Source: an uncultured Methanosarcinales archaeon
GTDB lineage: Archaea > Nanobdellota > Nanobdellia > Woesearchaeales > DSVV01
Reading direction: 5' to 3'
Assembly (NCBI GenBank): GCA_964556185.1
Contig: CAZKVI010000003.1
Location: 2,089 to 66,088, forward strand
DNA length: 64,000 nt
How positions within the stretch are numbered: the stretch's first letter is position 1; each line of letters starts with the position of its first letter. This document shows positions 19,506 to 29,485 of the stretch, piece by piece. The notes under the pieces were generated by a model, which worked only from the letters and a program-made list of their open reading frames with translations, did not search any database and was not told the origin of the DNA. The translations under genes and the position numbers were made by a program.

Positions 19506-19784
19506 TTATTTAATTAGTTCATCTAATTTATCAGTTGCTTTTTCATCACCAGGTTGCTTTGCAGCCATTTCCTTAGCTTGTGCTTCTAAATCAACACCTA
19601 AATCCTTAAGTCCTTTAACATGCATTTGCATTAATTGCTCTACAATATTTAAGATCTTAATCATTTCTTCTCTTTCTTTTGCTAATGTAGCTAATGCTCC
19701 CTTGTGAAAACCTATTTGTTCTTCTTTACTTGCTGCAGGAACTTGAGCAGCAGGTTGTGGTTGTTCTTCAGCCATTATGTACAC
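19506..19784 (-). CDS. Hypothetical small helical protein
   Basis: 92-aa ORF predicted helical. A TATA-like element lies upstream. Confidence 0.35.
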   Translation of the reverse strand: MYIMAEEQPQPAAQVPAASKEEQIGFHKGALATLAKEREEMIKILNIVEQLMQMHVKGLKDLGVDLEAQAKEMAAKQPGDEKATDKLDELIK

Positions 19785-19896
19785 CTCATAATCTTGATAA
19801 AGTTGATTAAATTACAATCATATATAAATTAATCGCTTAAAATTATTTATTCTAATAGCGTAAACTTTATATATCTCTACATACTAAATCAACAAC

Positions 19897-20112
19897 ATGG
19901 GAACAAAAAGATCAACAATAATACCAAAAGCACCTTTAGCAAGAATTCTAATGAATGCAGGTGCAAAAAGAGTTTCAGCAGATGCAGTAAATGCACTAAC
20001 AGATGCAATGGAAGATTTCGCAGAAAGAATAGGAACACAATCTGTTAAAATCGCAAAACACTCAGGTAGAAAAACAGTACATGAAGGAGATGTTAAATTA
20101 GCTGCAAAATAA
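19897..20112 (+). CDS. Archaeal histone (HMf-type histone fold)
   Basis: PKAPLARILMNAGAKRVSADAV...AKHSGRKTVHEGDVKLA follows the HMfB pattern (the RKT motif and loop residues). 71 aa. Confidence 0.85.
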   Translation: MGTKRSTIIPKAPLARILMNAGAKRVSADAVNALTDAMEDFAERIGTQSVKIAKHSGRKTVHEGDVKLAAK

Positions 20113-20144
20113 GTTATTTCTTTTATTATTTAATTTAGAATTGA

Positions 20145-21065
20145 TTAAGCTGCAGGTCTAGGTTGTTGTTGACGTACTGGTCGAGGTCTTGCAGCAAGAT
20201 ATGTTCCAGTAGCATCTTCTAAAGAATATGCATGAACATCTATTCTTGTTTCTATTGTTGTAGTTGCATCAGCTTCAATAATTTTTGGTCTTGATCTAGC
20301 CTTAGCAGCACAAGCCATCATCGCATCAATTGTACTATTAGCTCTTGTTGATCCATCATATTTATTGAAAGCTCTCATTGTATATTGAAGTCTTTGATCT
20401 TCCATTCTTTGTTGTATCTGTAAATCTTCTTCACGAGCAGCATCTTCTGTTTCTCTATATCTATCAACTGCTGCAACTAAAGTAGATCTATTAACTTCTC
20501 TCTTAATAGGTTGCCTTAGTGGAACTACATTAGCAGGTCTTTCTAAATACTCATCAACTGCTGTAACTATTCCTGGTTTAGTACCAGAAGCTCTCCTACT
20601 ACCTACTAAATCTCCATAAGAATAACCTGTTGCAGCCCTTGTTCTTGCTCTTTGCTTAGCAGCTGTTTGAGAATATTGTCTAACTTGAGGTTTAGCATAA
20701 CTTTTTCCACCATATGCTGAAACCATATCTGCATGACTTGGACTATTTCCATAAGCTGATCTTCCAGAACGTACAGCAGGTTTTCTTTCTGAGTCTGCAT
20801 ATGTTATAGCAGGAAGATTTGCATACCATGTTCTATATGCTTGAGCTCCAGCTATTACTGCAGCACCTACCAAAGCAAATAATGATGAAGTTTTATCAAA
20901 TCCATAAGTTAATGCTTCATTAATACCAAAAAGAACTCCACCTAATCCAGCTGCTTGAGCTGTTCTAACCATCATTTCTGTAAGTAAATCTACTTCTCCT
21001 ACTGCTGACTCAACTACATCATCTATTGTTCTAGTTATTGAGGTCATCCCATATCTATTAAACAC
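20145..21065 (-). CDS. Hypothetical protein of atypical composition (Ala/Arg/Thr/Ser/Tyr-rich, one N-terminal hydrophobic helix)
   Basis: 306-aa ORF with no competing ORF on either strand. Composition and codon usage differ from neighbouring histone and L7Ae genes. Confidence 0.35.
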   Translation of the reverse strand: MFNRYGMTSITRTIDDVVESAVGEVDLLTEMMVRTAQAAGLGGVLFGINEALTYGFDKTSSLFALVGAAVIAGAQAYRTWYANLPAITYADSERKPAVRSGRSAYGNSPSHADMVSAYGGKSYAKPQVRQYSQTAAKQRARTRAATGYSYGDLVGSRRASGTKPGIVTAVDEYLERPANVVPLRQPIKREVNRSTLVAAVDRYRETEDAAREEDLQIQQRMEDQRLQYTMRAFNKYDGSTRANSTIDAMMACAAKARSRPKIIEADATTTIETRIDVHAYSLEDATGTYLAARPRPVRQQQPRPAA

Positions 21066-21227
21066 TTCAATTATTTAAAATTTTACTTATTATCACCTAA
21101 AAGTTTATAAATAACCCCGAAAAAACAGACTATAGCCTGTGACTAATGAGAATCGAAAGGTTTGAATGAGGCCATAAGTTCTATTAGTCATTTACTATTA
21201 ATTAAAGGCATATTGGAGGTAAATAAA

Positions 21228-21545
21228 ATGGCAGACAATGATAAAGTATACGAAGCTATTGAAGTAGCAAAAGCTACTGGAAAAATTAGAAAAGGTACAA
21301 ATGAAGTTACAAAAGCAATTGAAAAAGGCAATGCAAAATTAGTTGCAGTTGCATCTGATGTTAATCCACCAGAAATTACAATGCATCTTCCTTTATTATC
21401 AAAAGAAAAAGGTGTTCCATGTTTTACAGTTGGAAATAGAGAAGAACTTGGAGCTGCTGCTGGTTTAGGAGTTTCTACAACTGCTGTTGCAATTGTTCAA
21501 GAAGGAGAAGCAAAAAACCTTATTGGAAGATTATCTAAAGAATAA
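21228..21545 (+). CDS. rpl7ae: 50S ribosomal protein L7Ae (K-turn binding)
   Basis: [45 protein letters not shown] matches L7Ae. A ggaggt RBS sits 8 nt upstream of the ATG. Confidence 0.9.
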   Translation: MADNDKVYEAIEVAKATGKIRKGTNEVTKAIEKGNAKLVAVASDVNPPEITMHLPLLSKEKGVPCFTVGNREELGAAAGLGVSTTAVAIVQEGEAKNLIGRLSKE

Positions 21546-21556
21546 GGTGTAATAAG

Positions 21557-21847
21557 ATGGCAGCAATAAAGAAAATGGTTAAAAAACCTGGCAAAGAAGA
21601 AGCCTCTGCAAAAGGTCAAGTTAATTTTTCTTATGCAGTTCCTGCAAAAGTTGAAGAAGTAATTGGCAGAACTGGATCAAGAGGAGAAGCTACTCAAGTA
21701 AGATGCAGGGTTTTAGATGGTCGTGATAAAAACAAAGTATTGAGAAGAAATGTTAAAGGTCCTGTTCAAAAAGATGATGTGTTAATGTTAAGGGAAACAG
21801 AAATCGAAGCTAGACCATTAACAAAAGCAGGAAGAGGACAAGGGTGA
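21557..21847 (+). CDS. rps28e: 30S ribosomal protein S28e with an N-terminal extension
   Basis: [54 protein letters not shown] matches the S28e OB fold. It is preceded by about 25 extra residues. Confidence 0.85.
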   Translation: MAAIKKMVKKPGKEEASAKGQVNFSYAVPAKVEEVIGRTGSRGEATQVRCRVLDGRDKNKVLRRNVKGPVQKDDVLMLRETEIEARPLTKAGRGQG

Positions 21848-21852
21848 TTATA

Positions 21853-22035
21853 ATGGTTAAATGTACTTTTTGTGCAAACGAATTCCCTAAAGGAACTGGA
21901 AAGATCTTTGTTAAAAAAGATGGAAAAATATTTTATTTTTGTTCAAGCAAATGCGAAAAAAGTCTCTTAAAATTAAAGAGAAATCCAAGAAAAACTTCAT
22001 GGACAGAAACATGGAGAAAAATAAAAAAGAAATAG
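21853..22035 (+). CDS. rpl24e: 50S ribosomal protein L24e
   Basis: MVKCTFCANEFPKGTGKIFVKKDGKIFYFCSSKCEKS is the L24e zinc-binding motif. Confidence 0.85.
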   Translation: MVKCTFCANEFPKGTGKIFVKKDGKIFYFCSSKCEKSLLKLKRNPRKTSWTETWRKIKKK

Positions 22036-22524
22036 GTGATGTTAATGATTCAACAAACATTAGTTTTACTAAAACCTGATGCAGTCGAAAGAGGACTTAC
22101 AGGTAGAATAATTGATAGGTTTGAAACAGCTGGATTAAAACTTATAGCTATGAAAATGGTTTGGATTGATAAGGAGTTTTCAAAAAAGCATTACAAAGCT
22201 CACGTCGACAAACCTTTTTATGCAGGTCTTGAAGAATTTATTGTTTCAGGTCCAGTAGTTGCAATAGCTATTGAAGGTATTGAAGCTGTTGAACTTGTAA
22301 GAAAAATGGTTGGTGCAACAGAACCAAAAGCTGCTCAACCTGGTACAATTAGAGGAGATTTTTCACATCACTCTTATGGTTATGCTGACGAAAAAGGCAT
22401 AGCAATCAAAAACCTAGTTCATGCTTCTGGTAGCTTAGATGATGCTAAAGAAGAAATGAAAATTTGGTTTACAGAAGAAGAACTACATAAATATGATTTA
22501 GTTCATGAAAAACATACAAGATAA
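22036..22524 (+). CDS. ndk: Nucleoside diphosphate kinase
   Basis: LVLLKPDAVERGLTGRIIDRFE, YxxHVDKPFY and NLVHASGS contain the catalytic His in the NxxHxS context. Confidence 0.9.
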   Translation: MMLMIQQTLVLLKPDAVERGLTGRIIDRFETAGLKLIAMKMVWIDKEFSKKHYKAHVDKPFYAGLEEFIVSGPVVAIAIEGIEAVELVRKMVGATEPKAAQPGTIRGDFSHHSYGYADEKGIAIKNLVHASGSLDDAKEEMKIWFTEEELHKYDLVHEKHTR

Positions 22525-22549
22525 ACAAAAGAATTAGTGAGGTAGTAAA

Positions 22550-24718
22550 ATGGGAGAAAAGATGGTAGATAGGGTTACAAGAAGTATGAAGAACAAAGAA
22601 CAAATTAGAAATATTGCTATTTGTGCTCATATTGATCATGGTAAAACAACATTCTCAGATAACTTATTAGCAGGAGCAGGAATGTTGAGTGAAGAAATCG
22701 CAGGAAAAGCTTGTGTTCTTGATTTTCACGATGACGAACAAGAAAGAGGAATCACAATTGATTCTGCAAGTGTATCTATGGTTCACACTTTCAAAGAAAA
22801 AGATTACTTAATTAACTTAATTGATACTCCTGGTCACGTTGATTTTGGTGGAGACGTTACAAGAGCAATGCGTGCAGTTGATGGTGCAATTGTTTTAGTA
22901 GACGCTGTTGAAGGTGTTATGCCACAAACAGAAACAGTTCTAAGACAAGCATTAAAAGAAAGAGTTAAACCAATACTTTTCATTAATAAATCTGATAGAT
23001 TAATCAAAGAATTACAATTAACACCAGAACAAATGCAAGAAAAGTTTGTCAAAGTGATTACACATGTTAATAAATTAATCAAAGATATTGCAGGCGAAGA
23101 ACTTGGAAACAAATGGCAAGTTAATGTTCAAGACGGTTCTGTTTGTTTTGGATCTGCTTTCCACAATTGGGCACTTTCTATTGACTACATGCAGTCAAAA
23201 GGAATTTCTTTTAAAGATATTATTGATGCTTATGAAGCAGGCGAAGAAGCTTACAAAGAACTTGGAAAAAAAGCACCTTTGCATGAAGTTATCTTAAATT
23301 CTGTTATTACACATCTACCAAATCCAGATGAAGCTCAAAGATATAGAATTCCAAAGCTTTGGAGAGGAGATATGGAAAGTGAAGACGGAAAAGGATTAAT
23401 ATCATGTGATCCAAATGGCCCTTTATTTTTTATAATTACAAAAATTGTTGTTGATCCTCAAGCAGGAGAAATCTCTGCCGGTAGATTATTCTCAGGAACA
23501 ATGAAAAAAGGGACACCTGTTTACTTAAACAGAGCAAAGTGTAATTTAAGAGTACAACAAGTGTTTATTTACAATGGATCTAAAAGAGAAATTGTCGACG
23601 AGGTTCCAGCAGGAAACATTATTGGTGTAGCTGGATTAAAAGCAGCTCCTGGAGAAACAATTACATTAGAACCTTCAGAACCTTTTGAAGAAATTAAACA
23701 CATTTTTGATCCTGTTGTTACAAAAGCAATTGAAGCAGCAAGACCAAGCGATCTTCCAAAATTAATTGAAGTCTTAAGAATGGTTCAAAAAGAAGATCCA
23801 ACAATTAAAATTGAAATTAATGAAGAAACAGGCGAACATTTAATGAGTGGAATGGGTGAACTACACCTGGAAGTAATTGAAAATAGAATTAAGACAGAGA
23901 AAAATGTAGAAGTAAAGACTTCACCACCTGTTGTTGTTTACAGAGAAACCATTACAAAAACATCTGAAATATTTATGGGTAAATCCCCTAATAAACACAA
24001 CCATTTATTCTTTAGTGTGGAACCAGTTCCACAAGCTGTAGCTGATGCAATTAAGTCTGGCGACATCCCATCTGGAAGAATAAAGAAAAAAGACATTGAA
24101 TTAAGAGACAAATTGGTTGATTTAGGAATGGACTCTAAAATGGCTTCACAAGTTAAAAATATTCATGAAGGAAATATGTTATTTGAAACCACACGTGGTC
24201 AAGTACATATTGGAGAAATCATGGAAATGGTTAACGATATGTTTGAAGATGTTATGCATGCAGGTCCAGTTGCTAGAGAACCATGTACAGGAGTTTTAGT
24301 GAAATTTGTTGATTGTAAATTACATGAAGATGCTATTCACAGAGGTCCTGCACAAATGTACCCAGCAATTAGAGAAGGTATTAGAGAAGCAATGGCACAT
24401 GCAAAACCAATGATCTTTGAACCAGTACAAACCCTTCAATTCGAGGCTCCTGAAGAATTTATGGGAGAAGTTTCCAAATTAATCTCTAACAAAAGAGGAC
24501 AACTATTAGACATGCAACAAGATGCAGGTACAGTAGTTGTAAAAGGTAAAATGCCAGTTGGAGAAATGTTTGGGTTAAGTAATGATCTTAGATCTGCAAC
24601 AGGGGGAAGAGGAAGCTCTTCTTTAGTTGATCAGACATTCGAAAGACTACCTGATGAATTACAGCAAAAGATCATAAAACAAATTAGAGATAGAAAAGGG
24701 CTAACAGATGCTCAATAA
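22550..24718 (+). CDS. fusA: Elongation factor 2 (aEF-2)
   Basis: G domain AHIDHGKTTFSD, DTPGHVDF and NKSD. Domain IV has AIHRGPAQ, the diphthamide histidine context. Confidence 0.95.
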   Translation: MGEKMVDRVTRSMKNKEQIRNIAICAHIDHGKTTFSDNLLAGAGMLSEEIAGKACVLDFHDDEQERGITIDSASVSMVHTFKEKDYLINLIDTPGHVDFGGDVTRAMRAVDGAIVLVDAVEGVMPQTETVLRQALKERVKPILFINKSDRLIKELQLTPEQMQEKFVKVITHVNKLIKDIAGEELGNKWQVNVQDGSVCFGSAFHNWALSIDYMQSKGISFKDIIDAYEAGEEAYKELGKKAPLHEVILNSVITHLPNPDEAQRYRIPKLWRGDMESEDGKGLISCDPNGPLFFIITKIVVDPQAGEISAGRLFSGTMKKGTPVYLNRAKCNLRVQQVFIYNGSKREIVDEVPAGNIIGVAGLKAAPGETITLEPSEPFEEIKHIFDPVVTKAIEAARPSDLPKLIEVLRMVQKEDPTIKIEINEETGEHLMSGMGELHLEVIENRIKTEKNVEVKTSPPVVVYRETITKTSEIFMGKSPNKHNHLFFSVEPVPQAVADAIKSGDIPSGRIKKKDIELRDKLVDLGMDSKMASQVKNIHEGNMLFETTRGQVHIGEIMEMVNDMFEDVMHAGPVAREPCTGVLVKFVDCKLHEDAIHRGPAQMYPAIREGIREAMAHAKPMIFEPVQTLQFEAPEEFMGEVSKLISNKRGQLLDMQQDAGTVVVKGKMPVGEMFGLSNDLRSATGGRGSSSLVDQTFERLPDELQQKIIKQIRDRKGLTDAQ

Positions 24719-24738
24719 TTCTTTCTTTATTTTTCTTA

Positions 24739-26331
24739 TTATTTTTTCAATTGCTCAGATTTAGCAAAATCTCTATTTGCTTCATCTTGTCTATCCATCC
24801 TTTCTAGTGCACAACCTCTATTGTTATAACATGTAGCCAAGAATTCATCTGAAACGTCTTCTGCTTTATCAATTACAATTGAATATTGTTCAAATGCATT
24901 TTCATTATCTCCTTTTTTAAGGTAAGCATATCCTAATCCTGATATTGCATCATAATCATCTGGTTCTAATTTTAATTGTTCAAATCTACACTCAATAGCT
25001 AAATCATATTCTTCTAAGCTTACAGCTGCAACTGCAGCATTATTATAAACAGCTTTTTGTGTTCCTTCCTCTAATTCATTTCTAACTTCTATTAATATTT
25101 TATAATGACGTAGTGCATCTTCTTTATTTCCAAGTTCTCCATTAGCATAAGCTACACCAAAACGTGCATCATGATTATTTGGATCAAAAGCAAGTAAATA
25201 ATAACCATCTACAATAGCACCTTTCCAATCACCGACTTCTCTTCTTGCACCAAAACTATTAGTTCGTATATACATACAATTAGGAAATAAAGAACTTGCT
25301 CTATTCAAACAATCAGAAGCTTTTTCCATACATTGCTCTTTTTCACCTTCTTCAGCAATATCAGATCTTACTATCCATTCATATCCTAAGTTCCCATACA
25401 TAATTCCAGCAATTTGTTTTTTATTAAGACCTTTCATATATCCTCCTCTTTCTAATTCATCTCTACCTAAACCAAATTCTTCAATATATTCTTCATCACT
25501 CCTTGCAATTCCTGCAGTAGTTTCCCAATTCACATGACTACCATCAAATTTCCCCCATCTTACAAACATATGTTCTGGGCCTAATACAGCTTCAATAGGG
25601 AAATTAAGTACTTGCCCAATTGCAAGATAAATCATTGACATATTGTCACAATCCATTTGGTAAAATCCTTGACTATATTTTTCTATTTTTCTTCTTCTTG
25701 AACCTCTTCTATATTCACTAAGGAAAGAGAAATAACCAGAAGGAGATTGAGTACGTAAAATATGATCATTTATGAAATCATTTACTTCTTCTGATGCTTC
25801 TGTAAATTCATCTCCTTCAAAATCAATAATTTTTTGAGCATTTCCTTCATCTTTTAGATATTCTACAATTTCTCCTTCTTGTTTTGTAAATGCTGAACCT
25901 AGTCTATTATTTTCTTTATAAACAACATTAAATATATCAGAAAGAGCTTCATCAATCCATCCCATAATCTTTCTTATGTCATCTAGATCATATGTTTCTA
26001 TCATTTCACTACTAAAAGCTGAGTCAACTCCTTCCTCACCAAGCCTTGAACCTAAAGATACTCTTTCTGGGCTTGCAATTTCTGCTTTATATTTTGTTCT
26101 AATTTCATGAATAACAGAATCTAAGAAATCATAATTTTCTTGAGTTACTTCAAAACCTTGTAGATGTTCAGCATCTAAAAATGAATGAGCATATGTATTA
26201 TATCTAGAATCAAATCCAGATCTTTCTCTCTCAATTGCCAAGGCTGTAACAGGTGCAAAACTAGTCACAATTGCTGCCAAACCAGCTGCAGCTCCACTAG
26301 CACCCAAAAACCACCTTCTACTCCTTTCCAT
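24739..26331 (-). CDS. Tat-signal secreted protein with a transglutaminase-like cysteine-protease core and C-terminal TPR repeats
   Basis: N-terminus MERSRRWFLGASGAAAGLAA is a twin-arginine signal. QMDCDNMSMIYLAIG ... PEHMFVRW is a Cys/His core. The C-terminal half has repeated TPR-like W/Y-x-N/A patterns. GC-richer composition. Confidence 0.45.
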   Translation of the reverse strand: MERSRRWFLGASGAAAGLAAIVTSFAPVTALAIERERSGFDSRYNTYAHSFLDAEHLQGFEVTQENYDFLDSVIHEIRTKYKAEIASPERVSLGSRLGEEGVDSAFSSEMIETYDLDDIRKIMGWIDEALSDIFNVVYKENNRLGSAFTKQEGEIVEYLKDEGNAQKIIDFEGDEFTEASEEVNDFINDHILRTQSPSGYFSFLSEYRRGSRRRKIEKYSQGFYQMDCDNMSMIYLAIGQVLNFPIEAVLGPEHMFVRWGKFDGSHVNWETTAGIARSDEEYIEEFGLGRDELERGGYMKGLNKKQIAGIMYGNLGYEWIVRSDIAEEGEKEQCMEKASDCLNRASSLFPNCMYIRTNSFGARREVGDWKGAIVDGYYLLAFDPNNHDARFGVAYANGELGNKEDALRHYKILIEVRNELEEGTQKAVYNNAAVAAVSLEEYDLAIECRFEQLKLEPDDYDAISGLGYAYLKKGDNENAFEQYSIVIDKAEDVSDEFLATCYNNRGCALERMDRQDEANRDFAKSEQLKK

Positions 26332-26569
26332 TAAATCAAGGAATAAATTGGCTATATATAATCCTTTCTATAGCGTATTATTTCTAAGTAAATACGCTTT
26401 ATTCAGCTAAAAAACCCAAAAAAAGCCCATTTTCAGCTTTAGAATACGTAACCTTTTTAAATCACTGAAATTTTATCCCTAATACATAAAAAGAGGCAAA
26501 GAAGCCTTTAAATCATGAATAGGGCTCAATTAAGGCTCAAAATCAAGAAAACAGTTGGAGGAATAGAGA

Positions 26570-27862
26570 ATGGCAGATAAAAAAATCCATATAAACCTTG
26601 TTTTTATCGGACACGTCGATCACGGTAAATCCACTACAGTAGGAAGACTACTTTTCGATTCAGGAAATATTGATGAAGCAGCAATGAGAAAGTTAAAAGA
26701 CAAAGCACAAGAGCTTGGAAAAGGTGGCTTTGAATTCGCTTTTGTCATGGACAACTTAAAAGAAGAAAGAGAAAGAGGAGTTACAATTGATCTAGCTCAC
26801 AAAAAGTTTGAGACAGACAAATACTACTTCACTATTATCGATGCACCAGGTCACAAGGACTTTATCAAGAACATGATTACAGGAGCATCACAAGCAGATG
26901 CAGGTGTTTTAGTTGTAGCTGCAAATGATGGTGTAAATGCACAAACAAAAGAACACGTCTTCTTATCCAAAACACTTGGAGTTAACCAATTAATTGTTGC
27001 AGTTAACAAAATGGATATCTCAGGTGTTGACTATGCTGAAGCAAAATTCAATTCAGTTCAAGAAGAAGTAGGAACACTTTTGAAATCAGTAGGTTATAAA
27101 GCAGATGAAATTCCATTTGTAGCAATCGCTTCTTTACCAGGAGATAATGTTGTTAAGAAAACAGACAAAATGCCATGGTATAAAGGAAAATCATTATTAG
27201 AAACAATCAATGATCTTAAGGAACCTGAAAAACCAACAGAACTTCCACTAAGACTTCCAATCCAAGATGTTTATAACATCACAGGTATTGGTGTTGTCCC
27301 AGTTGGAAGAGTTGAAACAGGTGTACTAAAAGTTGGACAAAAAGTTGTAGCAATTCCAGGAAGAGAAGGAAAAGGAGTTCCAGGCGAAGTTAAATCTATT
27401 GAGATGCATCACGAACAATTACAAGAAGCTGTTCCAGGTGACAACTGCGGATTTAATGTTCGAGGCTTTGGAAAAACAGACATTGCAAGAGGCGATGTTA
27501 TTGGTCCAGCAGATAATGCACCAACATTAGCAACAGAATTCACAGCACAAATTGTTGTGTTAAATCATCCATCTGTTGTAACTGTCGGTTACACACCAGT
27601 ATTCCACATACATACAGCTCAAGTTGCATGTCAAATTACAGCAATTGAGAAAAAGCTAAATCCAGCAACTGGAGAAGTTTTAGCAGAAAATCCTGACTTC
27701 ATCAAAAATGGTGACGCAGCAATTGTTAAAATTAAACCAGTACAACCTTTAGTAATTGAAACACAAAAGGAAATTCCACAACTTTCAAGATTCGCAATCA
27801 GGGATTCCGGTGCAACAGTTGCAGCAGGTATGTGTACAGCTTTAACTAAAAAGGAACTTTAA
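26570..27862 (+). CDS. tuf: Elongation factor 1-alpha (aEF-1alpha)
   Basis: [17 protein letters not shown] and NKMD GTPase motifs. 430 aa. Confidence 0.95.
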   Translation: MADKKIHINLVFIGHVDHGKSTTVGRLLFDSGNIDEAAMRKLKDKAQELGKGGFEFAFVMDNLKEERERGVTIDLAHKKFETDKYYFTIIDAPGHKDFIKNMITGASQADAGVLVVAANDGVNAQTKEHVFLSKTLGVNQLIVAVNKMDISGVDYAEAKFNSVQEEVGTLLKSVGYKADEIPFVAIASLPGDNVVKKTDKMPWYKGKSLLETINDLKEPEKPTELPLRLPIQDVYNITGIGVVPVGRVETGVLKVGQKVVAIPGREGKGVPGEVKSIEMHHEQLQEAVPGDNCGFNVRGFGKTDIARGDVIGPADNAPTLATEFTAQIVVLNHPSVVTVGYTPVFHIHTAQVACQITAIEKKLNPATGEVLAENPDFIKNGDAAIVKIKPVQPLVIETQKEIPQLSRFAIRDSGATVAAGMCTALTKKEL

Positions 27863-27926
27863 ACCTTTTTATTTTATTTTATTTTTTTCATGATCATTCA
27901 CACGGTTTTCATGAGGTAAACAGAGA

Positions 27927-28235
27927 ATGCAAAAAGCAAGAATAAAGATAGCAAGTACAGACATAGACAAGATTAATAATACTTGTAGGTATATTTCTGA
28001 TATAGCTGATAAAACTGGTGTTGATATGCGTGGTCCTATTCCTTTACCAACTAAAAAATTAAAATTAACTACTCGTAAAACTCCTTGCGGAGACGGAAAA
28101 GCTTCCTGGGAAAGATACGAAATGCGAATTCATAAAAGATTCATTGATCTCGGCTTAGATGAAAGAGCTTTAAGATTGGTTATGAGGGTACCAATACCTG
28201 AAGGCTTGAACATAGAAATTGAAATGATTGATTAA
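27927..28235 (+). CDS. rps10: 30S ribosomal protein S10 (uS10)
   Basis: MQKARIKIASTDIDKINNTCRYISDIADKTGVDMRGPIPLPTKK matches S10. It is directly downstream of EF-1alpha, as in the conserved archaeal arrangement. Confidence 0.9.
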   Translation: MQKARIKIASTDIDKINNTCRYISDIADKTGVDMRGPIPLPTKKLKLTTRKTPCGDGKASWERYEMRIHKRFIDLGLDERALRLVMRVPIPEGLNIEIEMID

Positions 28236-28336
28236 GTTTGTTCTTGATTAACTCTTAGAATTGAGGCCGAAAGGCTCGAAGTCGAAGACTTCGCCCGCCT
28301 GAAGGCTTGAACATTGAGATTGAAATGATAGACTGA
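28197..28336 (+). repeat. Direct repeat: the last 13 codons of rps10 (28197..28235) duplicated at 28298..28336, separated by a 62-bp GC-rich hairpin-containing spacer
   Basis: Copy 1 is cctgaaggcttgaacatagaaattgaaatgattgattaa. Copy 2 is cctgaaggcttgaacattgagattgaaatgatagactga. The five differences are all synonymous and include stop TAA versus TGA. Confidence 0.8.
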
Positions 28337-28390
28337 TTCTACCCAAAAGCTTTTATTTGATACTTGATTTCTCTCTATTTAGGGTGCAAA

Positions 28391-28828
28391 ATGGCTAAAG
28401 TTAAGAGTAATGCAATTGGAAAACTTGAAGATGGTACTGAAGATAATAGAGCATATAATGCATTGGTTCGTCAATATGGTGTTGCATTTAAAGAATTATA
28501 TGATAATTTTCCAAGAGAACCAAAACCAAGATTAGGTCTTTATATGATGAGTATTAAAAGACCTGAAGGAGTCTTACGTCTTACACCAGGGGTTGTTGGT
28601 AGTTCATCAGATGGGATCCAGAAAAGAGTTCAAGCACATCTAGGAAAATGCTTAGATCAAATTGGATTAGATGATTTATGTATGGACGTTTTTACAGTTT
28701 CTTGTAATAGTACGAGCAGTGTTTGTGAAATAACTCCTTACACACTTGAAGCTAGAGCTTATTTAAAACATTATGGACAACAAATACTTGTTCCAGAAAT
28801 GCGAAGATTAAGATCTCAATCAAAATAA
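28391..28828 (+). CDS. Hypothetical protein
   Basis: The likely start is MAKVKSN, internal to ORF 28364..28828. Composition is slightly GC-richer. Confidence 0.3.
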   Translation: MAKVKSNAIGKLEDGTEDNRAYNALVRQYGVAFKELYDNFPREPKPRLGLYMMSIKRPEGVLRLTPGVVGSSSDGIQKRVQAHLGKCLDQIGLDDLCMDVFTVSCNSTSSVCEITPYTLEARAYLKHYGQQILVPEMRRLRSQSK

Positions 28829-29232
28829 TCTTCATAAGCAAATTTTCTTTTTTCAAATGTACAAGATCCTTTGTCTTCAATAACATTTCCATCTAGAGAA
28901 TTCCTAAATCTAGCAATTAATGCATTACAATCACTACATCTTCGAAAACAAGTTCCAATTTCCACTTCAAAACCTTTTTCATTTAATTGTTTTAACTTAG
29001 TTGGCACTTCTGCTCTTTCTCTGAAGACATTATAAACATTATGAACAAAAGAAGAATCAATTATTGCATCAGAGAGTCTAATTTGAAGTTTACATTTCTT
29101 AGGTGCTTTAGTTTCAACAACATCTTTCCTTATAAGGATACATCTAGAATTCTTTAGTCTATTCTCTCTATCTTGCTTTTGCTTTGCAAACTTATCAGGA
29201 AGTTTAATACTTCCATCAGGATTGAATTCCAT
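28816..29232 (-). CDS. Hypothetical Cys-containing protein (CxxC...CxxxCxxC)
   Basis: ORF 28816..29328 is trimmed to the internal Met (MEFNPDG) because its N-terminal 32 codons overlap the tRNA-Lys gene. Confidence 0.3.
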   Translation of the reverse strand: MEFNPDGSIKLPDKFAKQKQDRENRLKNSRCILIRKDVVETKAPKKCKLQIRLSDAIIDSSFVHNVYNVFRERAEVPTKLKQLNEKGFEVEIGTCFRRCSDCNALIARFRNSLDGNVIEDKGSCTFEKRKFAYEDYFD

Positions 29233-29236
29233 TTTA

Positions 29237-29356
29237 CGGGCCCACGGGGATTCGAACCCCGGGCCTATGGCTGTCTGTGCGTAAGCAAAGACCCAGTGGA
29301 TCTTTGATCCTAACGCGTAAGAGGCCACCGCTCTAACCAGGCTGAGCTATGAGCCC
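29237..29356 (-). tRNA. tRNA-Lys (anticodon CUU) with a ~45-nt intron at the canonical 37/38 position
   Basis: Minus-strand read: GGGCUCA-UA-GCUC-AGCCUGGUUA-GAGC-G-GUGGC-CUCUUA[intron]A-GCCAU-AGGCC-CGGGG-UUCGAAU-CCCCG-UGGGCCC-G. All four stems pair. The T-loop is TTCGAAT. Confidence 0.7.
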
Positions 29357-29485
29357 ATAAAGGGCTTGACTGACCAAAGGGAAGGAAACCCTTCTTGCGT
29401 GTCGACCGAGCGTAACCAGTCGCCACGGGTGAGATTGAGCCCATATTATTCTCAGAATTAAATATTAATTTATAAAAGTTCTTGA

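Noticed and set aside
28816-29328. Full-length ORF 28816..29328 extending through tRNA-Lys
   Set aside because: Its N-terminal 32 codons are the reverse strand of the tRNA gene, so it was trimmed to the internal Met at 29232.
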